Shown piece by piece: positions 1 through 9,993 of a stretch of DNA of 64,000 bases. The position numbers and the translations under genes were made by a program. The DNA lies in NCBI GenBank assembly GCA_965207225.1, contig CBDBLV010000005.1:576001-640000 (forward strand). Reading direction: 5' to 3'. The notes beneath the pieces are model-generated. The model did no database searches. It saw nothing but the letters and a program-made list of their open reading frames with translations, and was not told the origin of the DNA. Each line of letters opens with the position of its first letter. The stretch's first letter is position 1. The DNA comes from Dehalococcoidia bacterium (GTDB taxonomy: Bacteria > Chloroflexota > Dehalococcoidia > Plut-88900).

Positions 1-11
1 AGGTCCGCGGC

Positions 12-2006
12 ATGGTCTCCTCCCTTAACAGGATTAGCCCGCCCCGCATGTCCCCTTCGGAAATGTGGCCCAGGCTCGCTACGGTTCCTCCCCGTCCCCA
101 AATCCGCGAGGAACTGGACGACCCCATCCATCCCCAGGGCTCTGAGGAGACGGAAGAGTTTAACTATGAGGCCGCAATAGTAGGTTCTCTCGTCGACTCG
201 CCTCCGGGCTCCAGCCCCGCTGGTACGGCTGTAGCAGACCTCGAACTCCCCGAAGAAGTCGATGATGACGAGGAAGATCTCTTCGAAGAAGATGAGCAGA
301 AAGATCCCGAGCCCCCTGTCGTGGTGCAAGCGCCCAAGCCTACACAAAGCTCCTTGTTCGCTGAGTCCGACCTCGAGACGCCCGCAGCGACCAACGGAGT
401 CTCTGCAGACCACACTGAAGACATCGGTCCCGGTGTGCCTCCCCTGGATTTGCTGGACGCCACGGAAGAGGAAGACGAGGCACCTACGGATCACGAGGAA
501 CGGGCAGAGCAGATCGAAAGCGCCCTTGCCAGTCATGGAATCGACGCCAAGGTAACCCAGATTAACTCCGGCCCGACCGTCACCCAGTTTGGCGTAGAAC
601 CCGGCTGGTTCCGCAAGTACAAGGAGACCAGGGAGCGGGACGCCGAGGGCAAGCTAATGGTCGACGAGCAAGGCAGGCCTGTCACCCGCCGAGACGAGGT
701 CTCCAGGAAGCGCGTACGGGTTGACCAGATCGCCGCCCTTGACAAGGACCTCGCTCTCGCCATGGCGGCCCCGACCATCCGGATCGAGGCCCCTATCCCG
801 GGCAAGGCCCTCGTTGGGATAGAAGTCCCCAACGTCATCATGGGCAAGGTGGGCCTGAGGGAGGCCCTAGCCAGCTCCGAGTTCCAGAAGACCCTCGGCA
901 AGTCCAAGCTCGCCGTTGCCCTCGGAAAGGGCAGCTCAGGCCAGATGGTCATGGGCGATCTCGCCTCCATGCCCCACCTGCTCATAGCCGGTTCTACGGG
1001 CAGCGGCAAGAGTGTCTGCATAACCTCCCTGATCGCCAGCCTGCTCATGAACAACGGGCCCCGAGATGTCAAGTTCGTCATGGTGGACCCCAAGCGCGTC
1101 GAGCTCGTACCGTTCAGCACCCTGCCCCACCTTGCGACACCCGTGATCATGGACATGGAAAAGGTAGTCGGTGCCCTCAAGTGGGTCACTGAGGAGATGG
1201 ACCGCCGGTACAAGGTAATGGCCGGTGCCGGCGCCCGTAACATCAGCGGCTACAACTCCAAGGTATCCGCTGAGGAGCGCATGTCCTTTCTCGTCGTTGT
1301 GGTGGACGAATTGGCCGACCTCATGGTTGTCGCCCCCTTTGACGTTGAGCAGTCCCTCACCCGACTCGCACAGATGGGCCGGGCCACGGGCATTCACCTC
1401 ATCGTCGCTACCCAGCGCCCCTCTGTCGACGTCATTACCGGGCTCATCAAGGCTAATTTCCCCACCAGGATAAGCTTCGCCGTAACCTCCATGACCGACT
1501 CCCGAGTAATCCTCGACTCCCCCGGCGCCGAGAAGCTCCTGGGACGCGGCGACATGCTCTACCTCCCCTCCGATGCCTCCAAGCCCAAGCGTCTCCAGGG
1601 CGTCTACCTTTCCGACATAGAAGTCGAAAGAATCGTCCTCTTCTGGTCGGACAAGTCCGGCGGGGTTCCCGAGCCTCCTTCAATAGAGGAACTCCTTGGG
1701 GATGCCTCGTCAGAGGGTATGACTGAGCCCGAGGACCTGGCCTCCGTCTCTCCACTCTGGTCCGGCCCCTCGGATGTCCTGGAGGAAATCCGGGAAAATG
1801 AAGATCCCCTGTTTGCCAAGGCCCGCAATTTGGCTGGTCGGCACAAGAGCGTTTCCGCCTCCTTGTTGCAGAGACGCCTCGGAATCGGCTACCCAAAGGC
1901 CGCCAGCCTTCTTGACCAATTGGAGGAAAATGGGATAGTGTCCGCAGGAGAACCAGGTAAGTCCCGCACCGTGTTGACCCTCGGGGAGGAAGACGACGAC
2001 TACTAG
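12..2006 (+). CDS. ftsK: FtsK/SpoIIIE DNA translocase (5' end probably lies upstream of the window)
   Basis: Motifs PHLLIAGSTGSGKS (Walker A), VVVDELADLM, HLIVATQRPSVDVITGLIKAN and AEKLLGRGDML; C-terminal gamma domain SASLLQRRLGIGYPKA. No N-terminal TM segment is visible. Confidence 0.95.
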   Translation: MVSSLNRISPPRMSPSEMWPRLATVPPRPQIREELDDPIHPQGSEETEEFNYEAAIVGSLVDSPPGSSPAGTAVADLELPEEVDDDEEDLFEEDEQKDPEPPVVVQAPKPTQSSLFAESDLETPAATNGVSADHTEDIGPGVPPLDLLDATEEEDEAPTDHEERAEQIESALASHGIDAKVTQINSGPTVTQFGVEPGWFRKYKETRERDAEGKLMVDEQGRPVTRRDEVSRKRVRVDQIAALDKDLALAMAAPTIRIEAPIPGKALVGIEVPNVIMGKVGLREALASSEFQKTLGKSKLAVALGKGSSGQMVMGDLASMPHLLIAGSTGSGKSVCITSLIASLLMNNGPRDVKFVMVDPKRVELVPFSTLPHLATPVIMDMEKVVGALKWVTEEMDRRYKVMAGAGARNISGYNSKVSAEERMSFLVVVVDELADLMVVAPFDVEQSLTRLAQMGRATGIHLIVATQRPSVDVITGLIKANFPTRISFAVTSMTDSRVILDSPGAEKLLGRGDMLYLPSDASKPKRLQGVYLSDIEVERIVLFWSDKSGGVPEPPSIEELLGDASSEGMTEPEDLASVSPLWSGPSDVLEEIRENEDPLFAKARNLAGRHKSVSASLLQRRLGIGYPKAASLLDQLEENGIVSAGEPGKSRTVLTLGEEDDDY

Positions 2007-2031
2007 GAAGAGGACACGGAAGCTCGTCACC

Positions 2032-3855
2032 TTGTTGAGTTCCCTCATCAAGGGTGAACATCAGCAGGAAACCCCCGAGGATGCCGACCCCGGCATCTGC
2101 CTCTCCTGTGACGCCTTCCTGACAGGCTCCCGCGCCTACGAAAAGTTCAGGACATGCAGCTACTGCGGTTTCCACTTCAACATCTCGGCGCGGGAGCGCA
2201 TCAAGCTCCTCGCCGACCCCGGGTCTTTCAAAGAGCTGAACAGGTCTCTCATCTCCATGGACCCTCTCTCTTTCTCGGGAGGTGTGTCCTACCGCAAGAA
2301 GATCCGGGAGGCCCAGAAGACCACCGGCCTCACCGAGGCCGCAGTCACCGGCACCTGCGAAATCCGCGGATGCCCCACCGTAATCGTCGCCCTTGACTTC
2401 GGCTTTCTGGGCGGAAGCATGGGATGTGTCGTCGGCGAAAAGGTCGCCCTTGCCTTCGAGACCGCAGTCAAGAAGAAACTGCCCATAGTTGCCGTGGTCA
2501 CCAGCGGCGGGGCACGGATTCAGGAAGGCGTCCTTTCGCTCATGCAAATGGCCAAGACCGTATCTGCGGCAAAGCGCCTCCGCAGACCCGGCCTCCCTTT
2601 CATAACCGTCCTGGCCAACCCTACAACGGGGCAGGTCTACTCCAGCTTCGCCAACATGGCCGACATCATCCTCGCGGAGCCCGACGCCCTCGTTGGCTTC
2701 GCTCCTCTCAGGACCGTCAAGGAAAGCAGCGGCGATCCCCTCCCCACCGATGCCCACACTGCCGAGTCCCACCTCAAGCACGGCATGATCGATCAAGTCG
2801 TGGCCCGGGAACGCCTCCCCGACACCCTCTCGGTCCTTCTTGACATGCTCTATTCCCGCTACAAAGTCTCGGTGAAAGGCAAGAAACCCAAGCTTGCCTA
2901 CTCCACCGGCTACTACACTACCGCCTGGGAGCAGGTTCGCCTTGCCCGTCACCAAGACCGACCCACCGCCCTCGACTACATTGGCCGCATGACTTCCAGT
3001 TTCATCGAGCTCAAGGGCGACCGTGTCAGTGGCAACGACGAAGCGGTTATCGCTGGTCTCGGGTACCTGGCCGGCCAGGCTGTCGTTATCCTTGGCCAGG
3101 AGAAGGGCCACGGCCCCGACTCCCAGCGTCACAACAACGGCCGTACCGGCCCCGAGGGCTTCCGCAAGGCCCAGCGGATGATGCGGATGGCATCCCGCTT
3201 CCACCTTCCTCTGGTCACCTTCATTGATACGCCCGGTCCCATGCCCAGCCTCACCGCCGAGGAGCATGGCCTCGGAAACGCCATAGCCACAACCATGGCC
3301 CTCCTCTCCGACCTTCCCACACCCGTGGTTTCCGTCATTATCGGGGAGGGGGGCAGCGAAGGCGCCCTTGCCTTTGGTGTCGCCGACTCCCTCCTCATGT
3401 TGGAAAATGCCATATACACTCCCATCTCCCCGGAGGGTGCCGCCACTCTCCTCTATCGAGACGCTGCCAAGGCCGAGACCATAGCCCCTGCCCTCAAGCT
3501 CACCGCCCGGGACTGCAAGCGCCTCAACATCGTCGACGTCATTGTCCCGGAACCCGAGGCCGGCGCCCACCAGTACCCCAACGAGGCCGCCCAGCAGCTT
3601 CAAAGGCTTCTCGTCCGGGAACTGCTACGCGTTCAGGCCATTCCCATAAGGAAACTGGTCAAGACCCGCTACAAGAAATACCGCGATATGGGCGAATACA
3701 GTTCCCACTACCGCGAAGCCCTGGTTGAAGAGATCGAATATCTTCAGAGCAAGGTGGTCAACCGGGTCCGGCAGTGGAGAAGCAGGCTCCGCGGCTCTCA
3801 ATCCTCCCAACCCTCCCCCGAGGCCGGAGAAAACAGCCTGCGCACCTCCCCCTGA
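2032..3855 (+). CDS. accDA: Acetyl-CoA carboxylase carboxyltransferase, fused beta (AccD) and alpha (AccA) subunits
   Basis: N-terminal zinc finger CLSC..CSYC, FLGGSMG and SGGARIQEG (AccD); ARHQDRP, PEGFRKAQR, FIDTPG and ISPEGAA (AccA). Confidence 0.92.
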   Translation: MLSSLIKGEHQQETPEDADPGICLSCDAFLTGSRAYEKFRTCSYCGFHFNISARERIKLLADPGSFKELNRSLISMDPLSFSGGVSYRKKIREAQKTTGLTEAAVTGTCEIRGCPTVIVALDFGFLGGSMGCVVGEKVALAFETAVKKKLPIVAVVTSGGARIQEGVLSLMQMAKTVSAAKRLRRPGLPFITVLANPTTGQVYSSFANMADIILAEPDALVGFAPLRTVKESSGDPLPTDAHTAESHLKHGMIDQVVARERLPDTLSVLLDMLYSRYKVSVKGKKPKLAYSTGYYTTAWEQVRLARHQDRPTALDYIGRMTSSFIELKGDRVSGNDEAVIAGLGYLAGQAVVILGQEKGHGPDSQRHNNGRTGPEGFRKAQRMMRMASRFHLPLVTFIDTPGPMPSLTAEEHGLGNAIATTMALLSDLPTPVVSVIIGEGGSEGALAFGVADSLLMLENAIYTPISPEGAATLLYRDAAKAETIAPALKLTARDCKRLNIVDVIVPEPEAGAHQYPNEAAQQLQRLLVRELLRVQAIPIRKLVKTRYKKYRDMGEYSSHYREALVEEIEYLQSKVVNRVRQWRSRLRGSQSSQPSPEAGENSLRTSP

Positions 3856-3900
3856 CTGCCTACAGACCCCTTGCCAACGGGCACATTCAGACACCGCATC

Positions 3901-4728
3901 ATGCCCTTACCTGAATTCGACCTGACCGGAAAGGTGGCAATCGTCACCGGCGGAGGCCGCGGAATCGGCAAGGGGATTGCACTTGCCCTTGCAGAAGCCG
4001 GCGCCCGGGTAGCCATAGCCGGACGCACCGATTCCAAGCTTCTGGAGACCGAGTCGGCAATCCAGTCTGCTGGAGGCAATGCCCTTTCGGTAGTCACCAA
4101 TGTCACCCGTGACGATGACATAGCCTTCCTGGTCGACCGCACCGTTGAGACCTTCGGCAGCATCGACATCCTCGTGAATAATGCCGGGGTAGCCGTCGTG
4201 AAGCCCCTTGTACCTATTCCCGGCTTCGCCCCCAGGGCCGAGGGCCTCCCCCCCGAGTTCTTCCGGCCTACCAGCAACGAAGAGTGGAGCTACGTCCTCG
4301 ACTCCAACCTCACCAGTGCCTTCCGGTGTATCAGGGCTACGGCCCCCCACATGCTGGACAAGAGGTGGGGTCGCATCATCAACATCTCATCAGTTGAGGG
4401 GATGAGGGGGGTGCAGATGCACAGCCTCTACTCCGCGTCCAAGGCTGCCATGTCGGGGCTGACCAGGAGCCTGGCCCTAGAGTGGGCCCGCAGCGGCATC
4501 ACCGTGAACACCATCGCGCCCGGAGCTTTCCATACCGAGATGATGGCTCCCGAGTTCGAAAATGAGGAGCTGCGCAAGAGACTCCTGCGCAGCATTCCCA
4601 TGAGAAGAGGCGGGGTACTTAGAGAGGTGGGCCTGCTAGCCGTCTACCTGGCTTCCGAGGCCGCAGCCTACGTGACCGGCCAGACCATCGCCATAGATGG
4701 CGGCCTGACTAGCTCGATGGGACGCTAG
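3901..4728 (+). CDS. SDR family oxidoreductase
   Basis: TGGGRGIG, NNAG and YSASK motifs; start taken at the internal ATG. Confidence 0.93.
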   Translation: MPLPEFDLTGKVAIVTGGGRGIGKGIALALAEAGARVAIAGRTDSKLLETESAIQSAGGNALSVVTNVTRDDDIAFLVDRTVETFGSIDILVNNAGVAVVKPLVPIPGFAPRAEGLPPEFFRPTSNEEWSYVLDSNLTSAFRCIRATAPHMLDKRWGRIINISSVEGMRGVQMHSLYSASKAAMSGLTRSLALEWARSGITVNTIAPGAFHTEMMAPEFENEELRKRLLRSIPMRRGGVLREVGLLAVYLASEAAAYVTGQTIAIDGGLTSSMGR

Positions 4729-5569
4729 CCCCGCTTTCCGCCGGGCTGAGCTCCGAAAGCGCTCCGTCCAGCACCTCGCCGAACTGCTTTCTGATACCCT
4801 CATCGCGCAGCACTACCGGTGCCGACATATCGCTGAACGCCCGGTGAAGCTCAAACCTGCCCAGGAACTTGATACCGAGCCTGTCGGAGATCGCCTCCCC
4901 GGCCCCTTGCCCGAAAATCTCACCCGACATGTTCTCCACGACGCCCAGGATGTTCACGTTCATCTTGCGGATCATGTTGATTGACCGCACCGCATCCACA
5001 AAGGATAGGTCCTGCGGGGTCGTCACCACCACGAAACCGTCCAGCTTCAGCACCTGCATGATGGTCAGAGGAGCGTCGGAGGTGCCGGGAGGAAGATCCA
5101 CTACGAGGAAGTCCAGGTCTCCCCAGGATGTGAGCTCGAGGAACTGGTTGATGGCGTTGTGGATCATCGGACCCCGCCAGATGATCGCTTCCAGCTCGTT
5201 CTTCTGGAAGAACCCCATGGACATGACCTTAACCCCGTGCTTCTCCGCAGGAATTATCTTCCCGTCATCGTCGGAAGAAGGCCCCGAGTGCATGTGCAGC
5301 ATACGGATTACATTCGGGCAATCGATATCCGCGTCTAGCAGACCTACCGAGTGTCCTCTCTGGGCAAGAAGCACTGCCAGGTTGACGGCTATAGTGGTCT
5401 TCCCCACCCCACCCTTGCCGCTGTAGACGGCGATCTTGTTCTTGATCTTGCCGAGGTTCTCGCCGACCTTGCGCCTCTGCTCCCAGTTGCGCTTCATAGC
5501 GGCAATCCGAGCCTTGTCCTGCTCGGTCATGTTCTTCTTGCCGACGATCGGCTTGATCGGCTCAGCCAT
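4709..5569 (-). CDS. mrp: Mrp/NBP35 (ApbC-like) P-loop ATPase
   Basis: SGKGGVGKT, IIWRGPM, DLPPGTSD, VTTPQ and VVENMS motifs. Confidence 0.9.
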   Translation of the reverse strand: MAEPIKPIVGKKNMTEQDKARIAAMKRNWEQRRKVGENLGKIKNKIAVYSGKGGVGKTTIAVNLAVLLAQRGHSVGLLDADIDCPNVIRMLHMHSGPSSDDDGKIIPAEKHGVKVMSMGFFQKNELEAIIWRGPMIHNAINQFLELTSWGDLDFLVVDLPPGTSDAPLTIMQVLKLDGFVVVTTPQDLSFVDAVRSINMIRKMNVNILGVVENMSGEIFGQGAGEAISDRLGIKFLGRFELHRAFSDMSAPVVLRDEGIRKQFGEVLDGALSELSPAESGASVPSS

Positions 5570-5585
5570 CAGACCCTGCTTTCGA

Positions 5586-5894
5586 CTATTCCCAGCCCAG
5601 GGCCCGCTTGCCCTCTTCTGTGATCAGATCGGGCGTCCAGGGCGGGTCCCACACGATGTCGACGTAGGCGTTCTCCACGCCCGGGATAGCCTCAACCGCC
5701 TCCGTGCACACACCACCGATGCTTCCCGCCATGGGGCAGCCCTGGGCCGTGAGGGACATCGTGACCATGACCTCACTGTCCTTGATGTCTACGTCATAGA
5801 TCAGGCCCAGGTCCACGATGTTTATCATCGGGATTTCAGGGTCGTAGATGTCGCTGAGAGCTTCCAGTACGTCATGCTCGGTTACAGTAGCCAT
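5586..5894 (-). CDS. DUF59/SufT-like metal-sulfur cluster assembly factor
   Basis: DPEIPMINIVDLGLIY, TAQGCP and WDPPWTP motifs. Confidence 0.92.
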   Translation of the reverse strand: MATVTEHDVLEALSDIYDPEIPMINIVDLGLIYDVDIKDSEVMVTMSLTAQGCPMAGSIGGVCTEAVEAIPGVENAYVDIVWDPPWTPDLITEEGKRALGWE

Positions 5895-5939
5895 ATCTCC
5901 TCCATTTGGGGGACGTTGAGTTCATTATATCTGAATGGA

Positions 5940-6746
5940 CTATCCGTTCAAAGGTGGCCCGACCTTCCACGCCACGAACCGCAGTCGCCGGTAGTCCACA
6001 GTCCACCTGACTCCATCATACATCCGAGGCCTCAGTTTCTCCTCCACCAGCGTGAGCACTCTGTCTTCAACCTCGGCGTCCAGCCCCGACAAGAAGTCCG
6101 AGCAGAACATCCGGACCCAGTCCCTGAGTCCTGCCTCACCCTCCCGCTGCGGTGTGGGGCGGCTGAAGTGACTCGCAAAGGACACCTCAAATCCTCTATC
6201 TTCCAACAGCCGCGAGTATTCACCTATTGTCGGGAAATACCACGGGTCCACCTCATCCCTCGGATGCCCGAGGGTGCTGCTCAAGGCCCGTCGCAACGCC
6301 GACACAACGCTCTCTATATTCCCCTTGCCCCCCATTTCCGCCACTATTCTTCCCCCGGGCCTCAGGCACTTTGTGATCGAGTCAAGGACTTCGTCGGCCT
6401 CTTTGATCCAGTGGAGGACGGCATTGGAGAAAACGGCGTCGAACGGCTCATCAAATGACAGGGAACGGGCGTCGGCTTGAATAAAGGTGATGTCTGGGAA
6501 ATTAGCGCTGGCAGTGCGTACCATGTCCCCCGAGCTGTCGACCCCTACCACCCCCGCCCCCGACTTGGCAATTTCCGCCGTCAGGTGTCCCGTGCCACAT
6601 CCGAGGTCGAGAATCCTCTCTCCCGGCTGAGCGTCCAGCAGCCCTAGGAGATCAGTGCCATACTGCCAGATGTAGGAATGGCTCTGCTGGTATTCAGGTG
6701 CGTCCCAGACTTTGGCCTCGGGGCTAATTTCGCCGGATGAAGTCAT
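5940..6746 (-). CDS. Class I SAM-dependent methyltransferase (trans-aconitate methyltransferase-like)
   Basis: ILDLGCGTG, FDAVFSNAVLHW and C-terminal DYRRLRF motifs. Confidence 0.9.
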   Translation of the reverse strand: MTSSGEISPEAKVWDAPEYQQSHSYIWQYGTDLLGLLDAQPGERILDLGCGTGHLTAEIAKSGAGVVGVDSSGDMVRTASANFPDITFIQADARSLSFDEPFDAVFSNAVLHWIKEADEVLDSITKCLRPGGRIVAEMGGKGNIESVVSALRRALSSTLGHPRDEVDPWYFPTIGEYSRLLEDRGFEVSFASHFSRPTPQREGEAGLRDWVRMFCSDFLSGLDAEVEDRVLTLVEEKLRPRMYDGVRWTVDYRRLRFVAWKVGPPLNG

Positions 6747-6770
6747 CGGTTGGAACCCGGCCGTCGGGCC

Positions 6771-7838
6771 CTACCTGACATCCTCGAAGACCATCTCGTC
6801 GTAGGGCGAGCCATCTTCCATCAGAACGGTCTGAGTAGCCCGAATCCGCCGACTCATCATCCGGCTGAGCATGTGCGTGAACCCGAACATCGCTTGCACC
6901 ACTTCACGTGAGGATGACTGCCCTTCGAACAGCCGTCGCCGTGTGATGCGAAGTACATGCCTGCCCGGCTCCGGGGACGTAAGCTCCGACTCATCCCCTG
7001 CCATGTCCGAAAGGTGCTTGGTGAATAGCGCGAGGCTGCCCGCGTCCCGACCATCGATCCCCAGGTCCGCCAGCAACTCTTTTCCGTATTGTAACGCGAT
7101 GCCCTCGTAGGCCCGCTTGACCAGGTGCGCCGTTACAGGGGTTCCCACCACCTGCTGCAGACCCAGCACAGCCTCCTCGATGTACCCTCTCCCGAAGTTA
7201 CGCAGCGCCTTGGAGCGACGGTCATCCGGCCAGACCTCCGCATCCAGCTTGGGTGCTCGCTCAGCGTCGTACTCAGGCATCGTTGCGTTGGGGTCGTACT
7301 GGAACCTCTCCTCGTCGGCGAGGTCGTGGTCGTATTCGTAGAAATAGCCTTCCGCGTAGGGCTCGCCGTCGTTGAATGCCTTGGACAGCACGAACCCGAG
7401 CCTCGGGTTGTTCAGCCTGACGCCGTTGTAAGGGTGCCAGCCCATAAAGATCGAACGACCCATCCTCGGGGGGATGGCCAGCCATGCCGTCCCAGTCGGC
7501 CCGAAAGGCGGGTTGTATCGGATCCAGGCCTTCTTGGGCGACTCCTCATACATCTCCATGTCAATGCCGCCCAACGCATTGGAGAAGTAGTGGTATTTTG
7601 CGGCTACCACGGCATGGGGCTCTTTCTCGGGGTCTACGCCCAGCTTCTCCAGCCCCTGCAGGAAGTACTCCTTCTGGTGGTTGTGAAGTACGGCTTCCCG
7701 CCATTGAACGATGGTGTCTTCGCCCTGCTGGGCGTAGGTGATGGTTGTGATGGCGCCTCCCCAAAGCCCGTAGACCTTGGCGATGAACTCACATTGCTCC
7801 TGCAGGGACCATGTGGAAGGGTCGGTGGTGGGACTCAT
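6771..7838 (-). CDS. Hypothetical protein (355 aa)
   Basis: Long ORF with an AGGAGG-like RBS, co-oriented with its neighbours; no motif recognised. Confidence 0.75.
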   Translation of the reverse strand: MSPTTDPSTWSLQEQCEFIAKVYGLWGGAITTITYAQQGEDTIVQWREAVLHNHQKEYFLQGLEKLGVDPEKEPHAVVAAKYHYFSNALGGIDMEMYEESPKKAWIRYNPPFGPTGTAWLAIPPRMGRSIFMGWHPYNGVRLNNPRLGFVLSKAFNDGEPYAEGYFYEYDHDLADEERFQYDPNATMPEYDAERAPKLDAEVWPDDRRSKALRNFGRGYIEEAVLGLQQVVGTPVTAHLVKRAYEGIALQYGKELLADLGIDGRDAGSLALFTKHLSDMAGDESELTSPEPGRHVLRITRRRLFEGQSSSREVVQAMFGFTHMLSRMMSRRIRATQTVLMEDGSPYDEMVFEDVR

Positions 7839-7868
7839 GCAGGCTTCCTCCTTAAGGACACCTAATCG

Positions 7869-9938
7869 TCATTTCCAGGGCCGTTTGGCCCGCCTGGCCT
7901 TCGTGGACCGGGTACGTATGCCCTCTTCCGCCTTAGCATCCTCGTCCAGCACCAGGGCTTTCCTCAGGTCGAGGACCTGGTCCCGGAGGGCCGCCGCCTT
8001 TTCGAACTCCAGGTTCCGCGCCGCTTCCTTCATCTGGGTCTCCAGGTCTTTCACCAGCCGCAGCAGTTCACCCCTGGGGACTTCCTTGTTGATGGTGTAG
8101 GTCGCCCGCTCCTCGGCAATGGCCTTCACGCGGTCCGTGATGTCCTTGACTTCTTTCTTTATCCCCTGGGGTTCGATGTTGTTGTCGTGATTGAATTCCG
8201 TCTGAAGCTCCCTGCGCCTGTAAGTCTCGTCGATGGCCCTTTGCATGGAGTCCGTTACGGAGTCGGCATACATGATGGCGTGGCCCTCTATGTGCCTCGC
8301 CGCCCGACCCATCGTCTGTATCAATGCCCCCGAGGACCGCAAGTAGCCTTCCTTGTCCGCGTCCAGGATTGCCACCAGGCTTACCTCCGGTAGGTCCAGG
8401 CCCTCCCTCAGCAGGTTTATACCGACCACCACGTCGTACACACCCAATCGTAAGTCTCGCAGGATCTCGCTCCTCTGCAGCGTATCCACCTCCGAGTGAA
8501 GATAGTGGGTCTTCACACCCATCTCCCGCAGGTAGTCGGCCAGCTCCTCTGCCATCCGCTTGGTCAACGTAGTGACCAGCACCCTCTCTTCCTTCTCCAC
8601 GCGGGTCTTAATCTGGTGAAGAAGGTCGTCTATCTGGCCTTCAGTAGGCTTCACCTCTATCGTTGGGTCCACGAGGCCTGTGGGCCTGATAACCTGCTCC
8701 ACTATCTGGGTGCTGTGTTCATATTCGTAGGGCCCGGGAGTTGCCGATACGCAGACCATCTGGTTGATGTGCCTCTCGAACTCCGCAAAGTTGAGCGGCC
8801 TGTTGTCCAGGGCCGAGGGCAGCCGGAATCCGTAGTCGACCAGGGTCTGCTTCCGTGCGATGTCTCCGTGGTACATGCCCCGGACCTGCGGCAGAGTCAT
8901 GTGCGACTCATCTATGAGCATAAGAAAATCGTCGGGGAAGTAGTCCAGCAGCGTCCACGGGGTGCTTCCCGGAGACCGACGGGCCAGGGGCCGGGAGTAG
9001 TTTTCGATCCCCGAGCAATAACCGGCCTCCCTGAGCATTTCCAGGTCGTAGTGGGTACGCTGCTCTAGTCGGGCTGCCTCCAGGGGTCGGTCCTGGGAGC
9101 GGAACCACTCCACCTGGGCTTGAAGCTCCTCCTCGATGTCGACTAACGCGGCGTTCAGCTTTTCTGTTGACGTAACAAAGTGCTTCGCGGGGTAGATGTC
9201 CACCCACTCCCTCGCTCCCAGGATCTCACCCGTCAGCGGATCAACTTCCACTATCCGCTCGATTTCATCACCCCAGAACTCCACACGGATGGCAATTTCC
9301 TCATAGGCAGGCTGGATTTCCAGGGTGTCGCCGCGAATGCGGAACCTGCCCCGGGTGAAGTCCATGTCGTTCCGTTCGTACTGCATGTCCACCAGGTGGC
9401 GCACCAGCTTGTTCCGGTTCCGCCGCTCCCCCTTCTGGATATTGACCACGAAGGAGTGGTACTCCGCCGGGTCACCGAGACCGTAGATGCACGACACGGA
9501 AGCCACTATCAGTACGTCCCGCCTGCTTAGTAGGGCGCGGGTTGCGGAGTGCCGCAGCTTGTCGATCTCCTCATTGATGTCGGCATCCTTCTCGATGTAC
9601 AGGTCCGTGCGGGGGATATAGGCCTCGGGCTGGTAGTAGTCGTAGTAGCTGACGAAGTACTCGACAGGGTTGTCGGCGAAGTACTCCTTGAACTCAGTGG
9701 CAAGCTGTGCCGCAAGGGTCTTGTTGGGAGCGATGACCAGCGTGGGTCTCTGCACACGCTCCACAATGTTCGCCATCGTGAACGTCTTTCCGCTCCCCGT
9801 GACCCCGAGAAGCGTCTGCGTCTTCATCCCCGACTCCAGCCCGGCCACAAGCTGGTCCACCGCCCGGGGCTGGTCTCCCATCATGCGGAAGTCGGAGGTG
9901 ATTCTGAATTTGTTTTCTATGGCTGTGGTGGTAGTCAA
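7869..9938 (-). CDS. uvrB: Excinuclease ABC subunit B
   Basis: [27 protein letters not shown] and [10 protein letters not shown] motifs; C-terminal UVR domain. Confidence 0.98.
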   Translation of the reverse strand: MTTTTAIENKFRITSDFRMMGDQPRAVDQLVAGLESGMKTQTLLGVTGSGKTFTMANIVERVQRPTLVIAPNKTLAAQLATEFKEYFADNPVEYFVSYYDYYQPEAYIPRTDLYIEKDADINEEIDKLRHSATRALLSRRDVLIVASVSCIYGLGDPAEYHSFVVNIQKGERRNRNKLVRHLVDMQYERNDMDFTRGRFRIRGDTLEIQPAYEEIAIRVEFWGDEIERIVEVDPLTGEILGAREWVDIYPAKHFVTSTEKLNAALVDIEEELQAQVEWFRSQDRPLEAARLEQRTHYDLEMLREAGYCSGIENYSRPLARRSPGSTPWTLLDYFPDDFLMLIDESHMTLPQVRGMYHGDIARKQTLVDYGFRLPSALDNRPLNFAEFERHINQMVCVSATPGPYEYEHSTQIVEQVIRPTGLVDPTIEVKPTEGQIDDLLHQIKTRVEKEERVLVTTLTKRMAEELADYLREMGVKTHYLHSEVDTLQRSEILRDLRLGVYDVVVGINLLREGLDLPEVSLVAILDADKEGYLRSSGALIQTMGRAARHIEGHAIMYADSVTDSMQRAIDETYRRRELQTEFNHDNNIEPQGIKKEVKDITDRVKAIAEERATYTINKEVPRGELLRLVKDLETQMKEAARNLEFEKAAALRDQVLDLRKALVLDEDAKAEEGIRTRSTKARRAKRPWK

Positions 9939-9993
9939 GGCGCGTTCATTCTAGGATGTTGCATGGGCGATTGCAAAGCCGAAAATTCGGCTG

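Noticed and set aside
1453-3603. 716-aa minus-strand ORF, and similar long ORFs at 28573-30168, 30820-32415, 5436-6458, 15361-16308, 54218-55177 and 60228-61190
   Set aside because: These are antisense shadows of well-supported genes in GC-rich DNA, with no recognisable motifs.
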